A stretch of 64,000 nucleotides of DNA from an uncultured Ignavibacteria bacterium. GTDB taxonomy: Bacteria; Zixibacteria; MSB-5A5; CAIYYT01. Position numbers and translations under genes: made by a program. Each line of letters starts with the position of its first letter. Position 1 is the stretch's first letter. This document shows, piece after piece, positions 29,261-39,133 of this stretch. The notes below the pieces were generated by a model. The model worked only from the letters and a program-made list of their open reading frames with translations. It was not told the origin of the DNA and made no database searches. Where the stretch lies: NCBI GenBank assembly GCA_964584025.1, contig CAZOYE010000002.1, forward strand, positions 184,090 through 248,089. Reading direction: 5' to 3'.

Positions 29261-30076
29261 TTGTGCGCGTCCTGTAATTTGTCCCCTGAACGGATTCGCT
29301 TCCAGCAGGAGGGACTTCTGGCTAAGATTTTCGCCATTGTAAATCAGAAAGGCGGCGTCGGTAAGACCACGACGGCTATCAACCTTTCAGCCTGTATCGC
29401 GATCGCGGAGAAATCGACATTGCTTGTCGATCTCGATCCGCAGGGCAACGCCACCTCCGGCATGGGAATCGATAAGCGAAACCTGCCTTCATCGGTCTAT
29501 GATCTGTTTAACGACGAAACGTCGGTTGAGGCCGTCATCCAAAAGACAAATATCAAGTATCTTGATATCATTCCCGCCAACATCAATCTCGTCGCTGCCG
29601 AGCTGGAATTGGTCGAACGGACCGACCGCGAAACGTTCATTCGCGACAAGCTTGCCGGAATCAGGGATTTCTATGACTACATTGTCATCGATTGTCCGCC
29701 GTCTCTGGGACTGCTGACCCTGAACGCCCTGGTCGCAGCCGACCATCTGCTTATCCCCATTCAAGCGGAATATTATGCGCTTGAGGGCCTCAGCCAATTA
29801 ATTGACACGATCCAGTTGGTGCAGCAAAGTCTGAATCCCCAGTTGACGATCGGCGGAATTCTCATCACGATGTTCGATCATCGGCTGAATTTGGCTCGTC
29901 AAGTCGTTGACGAGACACGTAATCACTTTAAAGACAAAGTCTTCAACACGATAATTAACCGCAATGTCCGCCTTGGCGAGGCACCGTCGTTTGGAAAACC
30001 GATTATTCTCTACGATATCGGTTCAACCGGTGCAGAAAACTATATCTCGCTGACGGAGGAGGTCTTACGGATATGA
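29261..30076 (+). CDS. parA: Chromosome partitioning ATPase ParA/Soj.
   Basis: KIFAIVNQKGGVGKTTTAINLSA (deviant Walker A). The homologous N-terminus starts near 29320, just after an AGGAGGG RBS, where only CTG/TTG-type codons are available. The ATG at 29261 would add about 20 non-conserved residues. Confidence 0.9.
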   Translation: MCASCNLSPERIRFQQEGLLAKIFAIVNQKGGVGKTTTAINLSACIAIAEKSTLLVDLDPQGNATSGMGIDKRNLPSSVYDLFNDETSVEAVIQKTNIKYLDIIPANINLVAAELELVERTDRETFIRDKLAGIRDFYDYIVIDCPPSLGLLTLNALVAADHLLIPIQAEYYALEGLSQLIDTIQLVQQSLNPQLTIGGILITMFDHRLNLARQVVDETRNHFKDKVFNTIINRNVRLGEAPSFGKPIILYDIGSTGAENYISLTEEVLRI

Positions 30077-30957
30077 AAAAATCGGCGCTGGGTAAGGGGC
30101 TGGCGGCTCTGATACCGACCGCGCCTGCTGCCGAGCCGGTGGGCAGCGCTCCATCGCAACAAGAGCTGGGTGAGCGATTGATCATGATCGGGCTTGATCA
30201 ACTCTTGACTAACCCAAACCAGCCGCGTAAGCATTTTGAGGAAGAGAAGTTGCAGCAGTTGGCGAACTCGATTCGCCAGAAGGGTGTGCTGCAGCCGATA
30301 CTGGTGCGCCGGATTGACGGAAAGTTCCAGATCGTAGCCGGCGAACGCCGTTTCCGCGCCGCCGAGAGGCTCGGCCTACCCGAGGTACCTGCCAGGCTAG
30401 TGGATGATCTCAATGATCGCGACATGCTGGAGATTTCGATCGTAGAAAACTTGCAGCGCGACGATCTCAATCCACTGGAACTGGCCGATGGTTACAATCG
30501 CCTTATTCGCGATTTCAGTCTCACTCAGGAGGAACTGTCGACGCGAGTGGGCAAGGACCGCTCCTCGATTGCCAATACGCTGCGACTGCTGAATCTTCCG
30601 GGAGAAATCAAACAGAGCATCGCAGCCGGTAAGATCAAGGAGGGTCACGCGCGGGCTATCCTGGCCCTGGAGACCGAGAAAGAGCAATTGGAGTTGGCGC
30701 GCAAGATCATCGAAGAAGATTTGACCGTACGCGCAATCGAGGAGATCATATACGGCGCCAAGCGTCGCAAGCGCGGGCGTAGTTTGAAGCTGAAGACGCG
30801 GCCGGTCGAGATTTCGCAGGCCGAAACCGCGCTTAAACGCAGGCTGGGAACGGCCGTGCGCATTGAACGCGGACTCAAGCGCGGGCGGATTCAGATCGAG
30901 TTTTACGGCGATGCAGATTTAACGCGCATTTTGGATCTTTTGGGGGTAGAATTGTAA
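30073..30957 (+). CDS. parB: Chromosome partitioning protein ParB/Spo0J.
   Basis: ...PNQPRKHFEEEKLQQLANSIRQKGVLQPILVR...VAGERRFRAAE... ParB box and HTH. 4-nt overlap with parA. Confidence 0.93.
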   Translation: MKKSALGKGLAALIPTAPAAEPVGSAPSQQELGERLIMIGLDQLLTNPNQPRKHFEEEKLQQLANSIRQKGVLQPILVRRIDGKFQIVAGERRFRAAERLGLPEVPARLVDDLNDRDMLEISIVENLQRDDLNPLELADGYNRLIRDFSLTQEELSTRVGKDRSSIANTLRLLNLPGEIKQSIAAGKIKEGHARAILALETEKEQLELARKIIEEDLTVRAIEEIIYGAKRRKRGRSLKLKTRPVEISQAETALKRRLGTAVRIERGLKRGRIQIEFYGDADLTRILDLLGVEL

Positions 30958-31761
30958 ATGTCGACAGGCGACAACCATATTACACTGATGTTGATTTTTG
31001 ACTCCGGCAAAGCACCGGTGTCGATTCGTCTACAGCGTTGGAAGTATCAGGCTGCCATCGGCGCGATTGCGCTGCTGATCATCGTTTCGATCGTCGGCAC
31101 GTTAAACTATGCGCGGCTGGCGATGCACTCGGGGGAACGCGACGATCTGCGGCGCGAAAATGAGGAGTTGAAACGCCTGAACTCCAAAGTTGTTGTGCTG
31201 GAGTCCAATCTCGAGGCGTATCGCGCGATGCTCAAGCAGGTAGCGTCGTTAGCCGGTGTTGATTTGAGCCAGTATGGCATGGAAACCACGGCCGGCAGCA
31301 CGAGTGCGCCGCTGATTTCGCAAACCGAGATTAATATAGATCCGGGGACGCAGGCGACTGCGCCTCTGCAACCAGTCCCGACCGGCTTGCCGGTGCGGGG
31401 ATACCTCTCGCGCACGTTCCGGCCCATGGAGGAGAATCCCAAGACCCGTCATCTCGGTATCGATATCGCCGTCAAGACCGGCACGAGGGTGACGGCGACG
31501 GCGGATGGAGAAGTCGCGTTTGCCGGTTGGGATGATACTTTCGGCTGGATGGTTGTATTGAGACACCCGAACAATGTCGAAACCATGTATGGACATAACG
31601 ACACCCTGCTCGTTGCCGTTGGCCAGGACGTACGCTACGGCCAGGCGATATCGCTATCGGGGAACACCGGCGTGAGCACGGCGCCGCACGTCCACTATGA
31701 GATTCGCGAGAACGGGAAACCCGTAAACCCGGAAGACTACAATGGGAAAACCACTAATTAA
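30958..31761 (+). CDS. M23 family (LytM-like) metallopeptidase with an N-terminal TM helix and coiled coil.
   Basis: HLGIDIAVKTGTRVTATADG...GHNDTLLVAVGQDVRYGQAISLSGNTGVSTAPHVHYEI (HxxxD ... HxH zinc site). Confidence 0.85.
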   Translation: MSTGDNHITLMLIFDSGKAPVSIRLQRWKYQAAIGAIALLIIVSIVGTLNYARLAMHSGERDDLRRENEELKRLNSKVVVLESNLEAYRAMLKQVASLAGVDLSQYGMETTAGSTSAPLISQTEINIDPGTQATAPLQPVPTGLPVRGYLSRTFRPMEENPKTRHLGIDIAVKTGTRVTATADGEVAFAGWDDTFGWMVVLRHPNNVETMYGHNDTLLVAVGQDVRYGQAISLSGNTGVSTAPHVHYEIRENGKPVNPEDYNGKTTN

Positions 31762-31780
31762 CTTGATAGGAGACGAATCG

Positions 31781-32161
31781 ATGCCAGAGAATCTGAGCAC
31801 CATCATCGGCAAGGACAGCACATTTACCGGAACAATGGAAGTCAAGGGCACTCTGCGTGTCGACGGCAAGGTCAAGGGCAAGATCGTCGCTGACGAGACC
31901 GTCTCGATCGGCAGTACTGGAGAGGTTGAAGCCGACATCGAGGCCAAGACAGTCGTTGTTTCCGGTACTGTCGTCGGAAACATCCACACATCTGACAAAA
32001 CGGAAATGCAGGCTAAAGCCAAGGTAATCGGCGACTTAGTGACCAAAAGCATCGTGATCGAACAGGGCGCCATTTTTCACGGCTCATGCCAGATGAAAGG
32101 ACTAAAAGAACACGATCAAAAACCCGATAATAGAGTAGTGGAAAAGAAGCCGCTACCGTAG
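31781..32161 (+). CDS. Bactofilin (DUF583/CcmA-like cytoskeletal protein).
   Basis: Repetitive beta-helical bactofilin core (...FTGTMEVKGTLRVDGKVKGKIVADETVSIGSTGEVEADIEAKTVVVSGTVVGNIHTSDK...). Start set at the ATG 31781 with an AGGAG RBS. The track start at 31742 overlaps the M23 gene. Confidence 0.85.
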   Translation: MPENLSTIIGKDSTFTGTMEVKGTLRVDGKVKGKIVADETVSIGSTGEVEADIEAKTVVVSGTVVGNIHTSDKTEMQAKAKVIGDLVTKSIVIEQGAIFHGSCQMKGLKEHDQKPDNRVVEKKPLP

Positions 32162-32186
32162 TGATTCATCACCGCGGTCGGATTCT

Positions 32187-32285
32187 TGTGGATAACTTAG
32201 GTAACATTGTGGAATCTTATCTACTTTGTTGGTAGACAGCGCGATATGGGATATCTTTAACAGAAGCGCTTAAGCGTTATCCACA
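32187..32285. promoter_or_regulatory. Candidate oriC / DnaA-binding element: two perfect DnaA boxes in opposite orientation within a 169 bp lower-GC spacer.
   Basis: TGTGGATAA at 32187-32195 and TTATCCACA at 32277-32285, plus the degenerate TGTGGAATC at 32208-32216. These are the only perfect 9-mers I found by eye in the window (manual scan, not exhaustive). The intergenic region is visibly AT-richer than its flanks. Confidence 0.5.
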
Positions 32286-32330
32286 AAGGCTTGATGCAAG
32301 TTTGTTTAGAATCCGTTAAGGGAATTCGCC

Positions 32331-33035
32331 GTGGGTACGTTCTTTTTGATCGCGAGTACAGTCCTCTTCTTTAGTGGACTTGGGTGTTTGCTGACTGTCT
32401 TTGTGTCAGTAGCGCGCCGTCTCAAAGACAACATGACCACCTCGGTCTATTTTCGTGCCAAGCGTTCGTACAAATCATGGATTCTCTCAATTAGCGGTGT
32501 TATCCTGATCGTGCTGGCTCAGGGAAGCTACTGGTTCTACGGCCAGGCTGGTCGCTACATCCCCTTCGACACCAATCTGCCCAGGGCGCAGCTCAGCTTC
32601 CTCTACGAGGAGTATCGTCAACCACGATTGGTCATCCAAACTGCAGATCAAAACAACCACAACGACGTTCAATTGGTGCCGTTCACTTCCGACTCGATCG
32701 CTGTCGGTGTCGAGGTGATCAAGTGGAAAAAAGTTTGCCAGGTGCTGGGGCTAAAGGACTGCTATCGCATAAACGGTATCTACTACACCAGCTCACCTGA
32801 GGACACGATCACAAACCTGAACAAGCTCCCCAACCATCAGCTTAACGGCGGTCCCTCGGGGTTCCTCTCGCTGGCAGCGTCAATCGGCGGGCTGTTTCCG
32901 GGAGACGTCAAACTGATCCTCTCTCCGGCTGTGGAAGCGGATAGCCGGAGCATTTACACCCTCGAATTCTCGGGAGAGGGTGTAACATCCTCGCGCGCGT
33001 TTGACAATCAACAAGCTTCGAGTTATTCTCACTAA
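32331..33035 (+). CDS. Hypothetical membrane protein (two N-terminal TM helices).
   Basis: GTG start; hydrophobic N-terminus; no recognisable domain. Confidence 0.45.
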   Translation: MGTFFLIASTVLFFSGLGCLLTVFVSVARRLKDNMTTSVYFRAKRSYKSWILSISGVILIVLAQGSYWFYGQAGRYIPFDTNLPRAQLSFLYEEYRQPRLVIQTADQNNHNDVQLVPFTSDSIAVGVEVIKWKKVCQVLGLKDCYRINGIYYTSSPEDTITNLNKLPNHQLNGGPSGFLSLAASIGGLFPGDVKLILSPAVEADSRSIYTLEFSGEGVTSSRAFDNQQASSYSH

Positions 33036-33177
33036 GCCAAAACAATTCGGGCGATTGCCGCGTTTATCGGTATAAGCGATTGTCGCCGAATTGCGCATTG
33101 GTAGGATTCTGGCGGGGCGAGCCGCCGGCGATTTCGGATTGGTGTTATCAGGCGAGAGTTTTTTCGGGAGGACGTTC

Positions 33178-34185
33178 ATGACGGATCAGATCAAAGAATC
33201 AGCGGACTTGCAGGCAGTCGAACGACTCAAGACGGCACGCGCCAAAATCAAGGCCGAGGTCGGCAAGGTCATTATCGGCCAGGACCGCGTCATCGACGAA
33301 CTCATGATCGCCTTGCTCTCCAGCGGCCATTGTCTCCTCGTCGGCGTGCCGGGCCTCGCCAAAACGCTGATGATTTCAACGCTCGCCCGCGTGCTTGATC
33401 TGAAATTCGCCCGCATTCAGTTTACGCCCGATCTGATGCCTTCCGATATCACCGGCACGGAGATTCTCGAAGAGAACAAGTCTACCGGCCAGCGCGAATT
33501 CAAGTTCATGAAGGGGCCGGTCTTTGCGAATATCGTCCTCGCCGACGAAATCAACCGTACGCCGCCCAAGACGCAGGCTGCTTTGCTCCAGGCGATGCAG
33601 GAGCACGAAGTGACCGCCTCCGGACAGACGTTCAAACTCGATGAGCCGTTTTTCGTGTTGGCGACGCAGAATCCGATCGAACAGGAAGGCACCTACCCGC
33701 TGCCGGAAGCCCAGCTCGACCGTTTCATGTTCAACATTCACGTCGACTACCCGAGCTACGACGAGGAACACGCCATTGTGAAGACCACGACGGCGGTGTT
33801 GCGCCACGATGTCGCCAAGATCATGAGCGGTAACGAGATTTCAAGCCTGCAGCAACTGGTGCGGAAAGTGCCGGTTTCGGACCACGTTATTGATTATGCG
33901 GTGAGACTCGTTCGCGCTACACGCCGCAGCGGCAACGAGGTACGCGAGTACATCAGCAATTGGGTGACCTGGGGTGCCGGCCCGCGGGCTTCGCAGTACC
34001 TGATTCTCGGCGCCAAAACCAATGCCATTCTCAATGGTCGATACACGCCTTCGATTGAGGATGTTCAGTCTGTCGCCAAGCCGGTGTTGCGCCATCGCAT
34101 AGTGACTTCCTTCAATGCCGAAGCCGACGGCGTGGATACGCTGCAGATTATCGATAAGCTGTTGGCGGAAGTGAAAGAGAAGTAA
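33178..34185 (+). CDS. MoxR-family AAA+ ATPase.
   Basis: MTDQIKES...GHCLLVGVPGLAKTLMISTLA (Walker A)...VLADEINRTPPKTQAALLQAMQE (Walker B / sensor). Start moved to the ATG at 33178. Confidence 0.9.
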   Translation: MTDQIKESADLQAVERLKTARAKIKAEVGKVIIGQDRVIDELMIALLSSGHCLLVGVPGLAKTLMISTLARVLDLKFARIQFTPDLMPSDITGTEILEENKSTGQREFKFMKGPVFANIVLADEINRTPPKTQAALLQAMQEHEVTASGQTFKLDEPFFVLATQNPIEQEGTYPLPEAQLDRFMFNIHVDYPSYDEEHAIVKTTTAVLRHDVAKIMSGNEISSLQQLVRKVPVSDHVIDYAVRLVRATRRSGNEVREYISNWVTWGAGPRASQYLILGAKTNAILNGRYTPSIEDVQSVAKPVLRHRIVTSFNAEADGVDTLQIIDKLLAEVKEK

Positions 34186-34220
34186 TCTCCCGAAGACATG
34201 GCTTGCTAACCGGGGCTATC

Positions 34221-34706
34221 CTAATGCACGAACGCGACCGCATGCCAGCTCTCTGAAAAGGGGATCTCCCAGAACCCGGCCTGCAGTTCACCGATTTTTG
34301 TCAGCGCATTGTTGAAGACAATCGTTTCGCGCTTGATCTTGCCCTCATCGACAAGCTTCTGGAAATCGGGGCGCGAAACACAATTAATGAAATCACCTTC
34401 GCGGTAGTAGACCAAGCTCCGATTCAGAGCATCGAGGCCGAGACTGGCTTTGAGCGCCTTGAACACGCGAACCGACGAGTCGATTGAACAGCCGGAGATG
34501 TCGTCATTGCTCTCGCCAACCATGAAGACAAATTGATCGTAAACGATCTTGAACGCACCCCGGACGTCGTCCTGGTGAGATTTCCAGTCTTCAACAAAAT
34601 CGCCGAGCGCCTGTTGCACAGAGACTAGTTCCTGCGGTTCCAAACGTCGCGGAAACGCATAAACCCAGACACGAGTATCGGGACGAAAATCGTGGAATAG
34701 TTTCAT
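34221..34706 (-). CDS. Hypothetical protein.
   Basis: 161 aa ORF (MKLFHDF...); no recognisable domain. Convergent with moxR. Confidence 0.4.
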   Translation of the reverse strand: MKLFHDFRPDTRVWVYAFPRRLEPQELVSVQQALGDFVEDWKSHQDDVRGAFKIVYDQFVFMVGESNDDISGCSIDSSVRVFKALKASLGLDALNRSLVYYREGDFINCVSRPDFQKLVDEGKIKRETIVFNNALTKIGELQAGFWEIPFSESWHAVAFVH

Positions 34707-34773
34707 CGACAATGATAACATCGGCAGAAGGGGGAAGTTCCAAGAGTGTCGGAGGGATCAAAGGCTGGCTGAA

Positions 34774-35748
34774 TTACTCAGTTTCGTCCGCAGGTTCAGC
34801 CGGCTTGCGCTCCAAATAGAGCATCGTTCCCAGCAATTGGACCCAGTCCGAGAAGGCGCGACCCTCGTTTTCCGGTTTGTGGCGGATACGCGAGATCGCA
34901 TTGAGCTTGGAGTCCATTTCATCAATGAAATAGAGCACGAAGGCCTCTTCAAAGGCGGGTTCGACCGGAGCCGAGTACTCTTTCTTACCCTGGTGAGACA
35001 AGATCAGGTGGAGCAGCTTGCGGACATTGACGTCATCCTGCAGACCCAGGCGAACCGCGGCAGAATGTACCATTTCGTAACCGATTACCATGTGGCCGAA
35101 CAGGCGCCCCTCGGTCGAATATTCAAAAGTGCTCTCGAACTCCAGTTCGGTAATCTTTCCCACGTCGTGAAGCAAGGTCCCCGCAATCAGCAGCGAGCGA
35201 TCGAGGTAAGTGTAGTGCTCGCAGAGTCTTATCGCAGCGCGCGCCATTGACAGAGAGTGTTCTGCTAGGCCGCGCAGATAGCCGTGGTGCCAGCGCGTGC
35301 CGGCCGGAGATTCAAAATAGCGCGGCTTGATTTGATCGTCGTAGAGCAACTCGACCACGACTTGTCGCAGGGCCTCGTCGCTAATCAGGTCAACAACTTC
35401 CTCGACCCCGGCCTCGAGTTCTTCCAGCCCATACGTGCTGGCCGGAAGCAGCTCCGAAACGTCGTATTCGTCGGATTTGGCCGGGCGCATCTTTTCGACA
35501 GCCAGCTGCAGTTGGCCGCGGTAGGAGCTGACCAGCCCCTTTACTTTGACCACTGAGGCTTCGCGGACCTGGGCGTAGGCAGCTTCGGCCTCGTCACCCC
35601 ACATGATTCCTGCGAGTTTGCCTGAGGCATCGGCCAGCTCAAGCTGCAAGCGAACGCCGCCAGTAAAGGGAATCAGGTCGCAACGAGTCAAAGCATAGAA
35701 GCCGATGATCGCGTCCCCGGTTTTGGCATCACGAAGATTGATCTGCAT
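34774..35748 (-). CDS. YhaM-like 3'-5' exoribonuclease (OB-fold + HD domain).
   Basis: N-terminal OB-fold region (IIGFYALTRCDL...), then the HD phosphohydrolase motif (LLHDVGK...HMVIGY...H...D). Confidence 0.8.
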   Translation of the reverse strand: MQINLRDAKTGDAIIGFYALTRCDLIPFTGGVRLQLELADASGKLAGIMWGDEAEAAYAQVREASVVKVKGLVSSYRGQLQLAVEKMRPAKSDEYDVSELLPASTYGLEELEAGVEEVVDLISDEALRQVVVELLYDDQIKPRYFESPAGTRWHHGYLRGLAEHSLSMARAAIRLCEHYTYLDRSLLIAGTLLHDVGKITELEFESTFEYSTEGRLFGHMVIGYEMVHSAAVRLGLQDDVNVRKLLHLILSHQGKKEYSAPVEPAFEEAFVLYFIDEMDSKLNAISRIRHKPENEGRAFSDWVQLLGTMLYLERKPAEPADETE

Positions 35749-35839
35749 AATGGACTAATCTTGACAAATCGCCGGGTCTTGTCAAGGCAAAGCCACATGC
35801 TCAATTCAGTCGGCGCAAAATCTCTGGGCGTAGCCGCTG

Positions 35840-37051
35840 TTATTGCGGCGGTGTGAAGAGGCAGGATGTCTCTGCAAAGCCGGACCAGTAATTTATCAAG
35901 GCCACGATATCGGTGATATTGATCCGGCGGCTGCAGTCGCAATCTCCCGGATAAAGCGGGCAGCCAATAGGAGTGCCAAGGAAGATCACGTTGATCAAGA
36001 CAGTGGCGTCGGCGAGATTGATTTTGTTGTCTCCGGTGAGGTCACCCACGCGATAACTGTATTCGAACATCCCGACATCCTCACGGGCGCCGCCTTGCGG
36101 GTAATCCTGCGGGATTTCTGCACCGGCATCAATCAGGCGTGAATCACAAGCGAGGTGATAATCGTGACCGGCGGGGTTTACAAACCGCGGATTCTTGGCG
36201 ATGTTGTCATAGATATCCGCTGAATCGAGATTGTAATTTTTGGCGGCCGTGATATCTCCAAGCGCCGGTTCACCGCAGCCGGCAAAGTTCTCCAACTGGT
36301 TCTGGAAGAAGTTGTTGTTTTTCATCTCCCAGACCCCGCCATTGCAGTGGATTCCACCACAAACAGGCGCGGTGTTGTTAGAGACGGAGTTATTGGTAAA
36401 CCAGACGAAGGAATTCTTGATAAAGAGAGCACCGCCGTTGAATTCAGCCATGTTGTTGTAGAAGACGTTGTGGTCGACAACGGCCGAGGATGACTCAAGA
36501 TATAATCCGCCGCCGTCACCAGCCGAATTGCCGACAAAGGCATTGTGCGAGATCGTCGGTGCGGCATTGCGCACGGCGATTCCGGCGCCGACGATGGCAC
36601 TGTTGTTGCGGATGATGTTGTGATGAATCAGGGGGGTTGAGGCATTTGTGATGTAGATCCCGCCGCCGCCGAAGGAATTGGGCACCAGCGTCCCAATACC
36701 GTTGATCAAAGTAAATCCACACAGCTGTGCGGTCGAGTCGACGCGCGAGACAAACCGAACGACCGAGCCGGAGTCGGCGCTCGTCGGCATCGAGCCGTCA
36801 ATAATAGTCTGTTGGATCAGCGCCGGGTCACCCGTAAGCAAGAACTGGGACGCGACGGTAATGTTCTTGCCGCGAAAACTGATATTCTCCCGATAGTTGC
36901 CGGGAGAGACAATTACCGTATCGCCGTTAACGCACAGGCTTATGGCCCCTTGGATGGTTGTCGCACTACCGGGAACAGTTAAGATTCGCCCGTCTGACGG
37001 CGAAGCCAGAGACACCACGGCCGCTATGAAGATTAGAAAAAACCGTTTCAA
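35840..37051 (-). CDS. Secreted right-handed parallel beta-helix repeat protein with C-terminal dockerin-like repeats.
   Basis: TTG start; signal peptide MKRFFLIFIAAVVSLA; multiple N/G-rich ...NNS..GG.L.. parallel beta-helix repeats; C-terminal GDLTGDNKINLADATVLINVIFLG...CSRRINITDIVALINYW (dockerin-like). Confidence 0.7.
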   Translation of the reverse strand: MKRFFLIFIAAVVSLASPSDGRILTVPGSATTIQGAISLCVNGDTVIVSPGNYRENISFRGKNITVASQFLLTGDPALIQQTIIDGSMPTSADSGSVVRFVSRVDSTAQLCGFTLINGIGTLVPNSFGGGGIYITNASTPLIHHNIIRNNSAIVGAGIAVRNAAPTISHNAFVGNSAGDGGGLYLESSSAVVDHNVFYNNMAEFNGGALFIKNSFVWFTNNSVSNNTAPVCGGIHCNGGVWEMKNNNFFQNQLENFAGCGEPALGDITAAKNYNLDSADIYDNIAKNPRFVNPAGHDYHLACDSRLIDAGAEIPQDYPQGGAREDVGMFEYSYRVGDLTGDNKINLADATVLINVIFLGTPIGCPLYPGDCDCSRRINITDIVALINYWSGFAETSCLFTPPQ

Positions 37052-37241
37052 TGTAATCTGTCACTCCCACTCGGCCAGTAGGGTCGGCACCAATGTAATC
37101 AAAAACTCCGATTTCGCAAACACTTTGCTGCTGTTGAGACTTCAAACTATCGCGTTTCGTCCCTGCCAAACAGGGGCGTCGGCCCCGTCCAGAAAGACAC
37201 GGTTGGAAGTAAACTGGATAACAGGCGCGGATTCGGCGGAG

Positions 37242-38141
37242 CTAATTTTCCTTCAGCCGCGCAAACAATGACTCAGCAATTGCTTGAGCAGTCTTCCGAT
37301 CAGAATAACCGGTGACGGCAACAAGGGTTCCGCCTTCTACGGCGCAGTAGACCAGGCCAAAATCAGGATGACTCCCGAACAATCCTTGTGTTCCCCCTGC
37401 CAGGATCATCTCATCCGCCTTGCCACGCTCTCCAATAAAGGCCTCCGTGGCGGTTGGCAAACCGACCATGGAATTTAACCGGAAATGGAGCGTAACGGTA
37501 TCGCCAGCAAGCGCATACTGCGCGCTGTAAAAATCAAATGGTTCTTCGCGCTGCTGCTGATCGCGAATCCAATGGGCCTCCGACTGGGGGATCAGGTTAT
37601 CCGGCGGAAACAGTGCCAATTCTGCCGGAAGTCCAGTTGTGTCGGTAATTTTGTCGCAAATCATCTGGGCCGCCGCCATAAGTTGCCCATCGCTGATCGA
37701 TCCTTGGCGAACAACCTTGCCGGTGAAGGCCCCTTTCAGGAAGTTGAGAGTATCGGCCAGGATATAGGCGCGCTGACCAGCGCTTACCGGCCGGGCCGCA
37801 GCCGTGCGATGGTAGCTGTGCATGGTGAAAGCATCCAACGGCGTGCGAAACTGCATCAGGTCGATCTGCATACGATTTTCGCCGGACCCGTAATTGCCCG
37901 TTGCCAGGCGATCCAGGCTGTTGTTCAGGTAGATCTCGGCGATTGAGCTCAGGTGGTCCCAGACGGTATTTCTTGGATAAAGCTTGGCTGAGTCCTGAAG
38001 ACCAAGACCGGCGAGCGCCGACTTCCCGGGAAGCAGGGATCGCAGATCATCAGCCGCAGTCTCGGGCGAAGGGCCGCTTGAGCATCCCGCGGTCAAGAGA
38101 GCAAGAAGACTAACGACAATAATGACCAATCTCGACTTCAT
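37242..38141 (-). CDS. Hypothetical lipoprotein.
   Basis: MKSRLVIIVVSLLALLTAGC (lipobox LTAGC); no recognisable domain; between the UbiA-family gene and the beta-helix gene. Confidence 0.5.
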   Translation of the reverse strand: MKSRLVIIVVSLLALLTAGCSSGPSPETAADDLRSLLPGKSALAGLGLQDSAKLYPRNTVWDHLSSIAEIYLNNSLDRLATGNYGSGENRMQIDLMQFRTPLDAFTMHSYHRTAAARPVSAGQRAYILADTLNFLKGAFTGKVVRQGSISDGQLMAAAQMICDKITDTTGLPAELALFPPDNLIPQSEAHWIRDQQQREEPFDFYSAQYALAGDTVTLHFRLNSMVGLPTATEAFIGERGKADEMILAGGTQGLFGSHPDFGLVYCAVEGGTLVAVTGYSDRKTAQAIAESLFARLKEN

Positions 38142-38180
38142 AACTTCAGATACCTCCACAAATCGACGGCGGGCAAGTGT

Positions 38181-39104
38181 TTACTGGATTCCCGCCGAGA
38201 ACATAAATATCGCCATCACGGAGAGAAACCACAAGGCGATATTGACCAGAATCGGGATGTCCGAGAGCAGTACGCTCGTGGGCGACCCGCCGCGTTCTTC
38301 CTGATGAATCAGGTACAAGTACCGAAAGATCCCGTAAAGGACGAACGGAATAGTCAACTCCAGGTGTTCTACACCCAGCTTCTCCTGAATTTCCGGCGAG
38401 AGTGTGTAAAAAGTATAGGCGACGACGGTGGAAGCCGTTACGACGCTGATCAACTGATCGAGAAAGTAGGGGGAGTACTTCTTAAGGGTAACCCGGTGGC
38501 CAACTGCGTCGTCCTTGAGAGTAACGAGTTCGTGTCGTCGCTTGCCAAATCCGATGAAGAGCGCTAACAAAAAAGTACAGGCCACCAGCCAGGCTGAAGT
38601 CGGAACTTCGATGGCGTACGACCCCGCCGCTGCCCTGATGACGAAGGAGACAGCGATCGACATGACGTCGATGATTACGATGTTTTTCAGCAACGCAGTG
38701 TAGAGGATATTGAAGGCAACAAAGATGGCAGCGATATAGGTCACCGGCCGCGGCAAGAATACTGTCAGGCCAATCCCAACCACAATCAGCAAAACCGCCA
38801 GGAAACGGGCAGCAGGTACCGAAATCTCGCCCGAGGCGATTGGCCGTGACCGTTTCAGCGGGTGCAACCGGTCGGAATCGCGATCGTGAATATCGTTGAC
38901 AATGTAGACGGCAGAGGAGAGCAGGCAGAAGACCCCAAAGGCCAGGATCGCCGTTAGAATGTTGTCGGTTTCAGTGAACTCGCGGGCGAAAATCAGCGCG
39001 CCGAAAATGATCAGGTTCTTGACCCATTGTTCAGGCCGAATCAAGGAAAGAAATGACCGCAGTTTCATCATGTGGTTAGAATAATCAGCTTTCTTCGCGA
39101 TCAA
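38181..39104 (-). CDS. UbiA-family prenyltransferase (decaprenyl-phosphate phosphoribosyltransferase-like).
   Basis: ...VYIVNDIHDRDSDRLHPLKRSRPIASGEIS... (the NDxxDxxxD motif of the UbiA superfamily) and about 8 TM helices. Confidence 0.8.
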   Translation of the reverse strand: MIAKKADYSNHMMKLRSFLSLIRPEQWVKNLIIFGALIFAREFTETDNILTAILAFGVFCLLSSAVYIVNDIHDRDSDRLHPLKRSRPIASGEISVPAARFLAVLLIVVGIGLTVFLPRPVTYIAAIFVAFNILYTALLKNIVIIDVMSIAVSFVIRAAAGSYAIEVPTSAWLVACTFLLALFIGFGKRRHELVTLKDDAVGHRVTLKKYSPYFLDQLISVVTASTVVAYTFYTLSPEIQEKLGVEHLELTIPFVLYGIFRYLYLIHQEERGGSPTSVLLSDIPILVNIALWFLSVMAIFMFSAGIQ

Positions 39105-39133
39105 CCAGCCAGGGCAAGTCTCGCCGTGGATTC

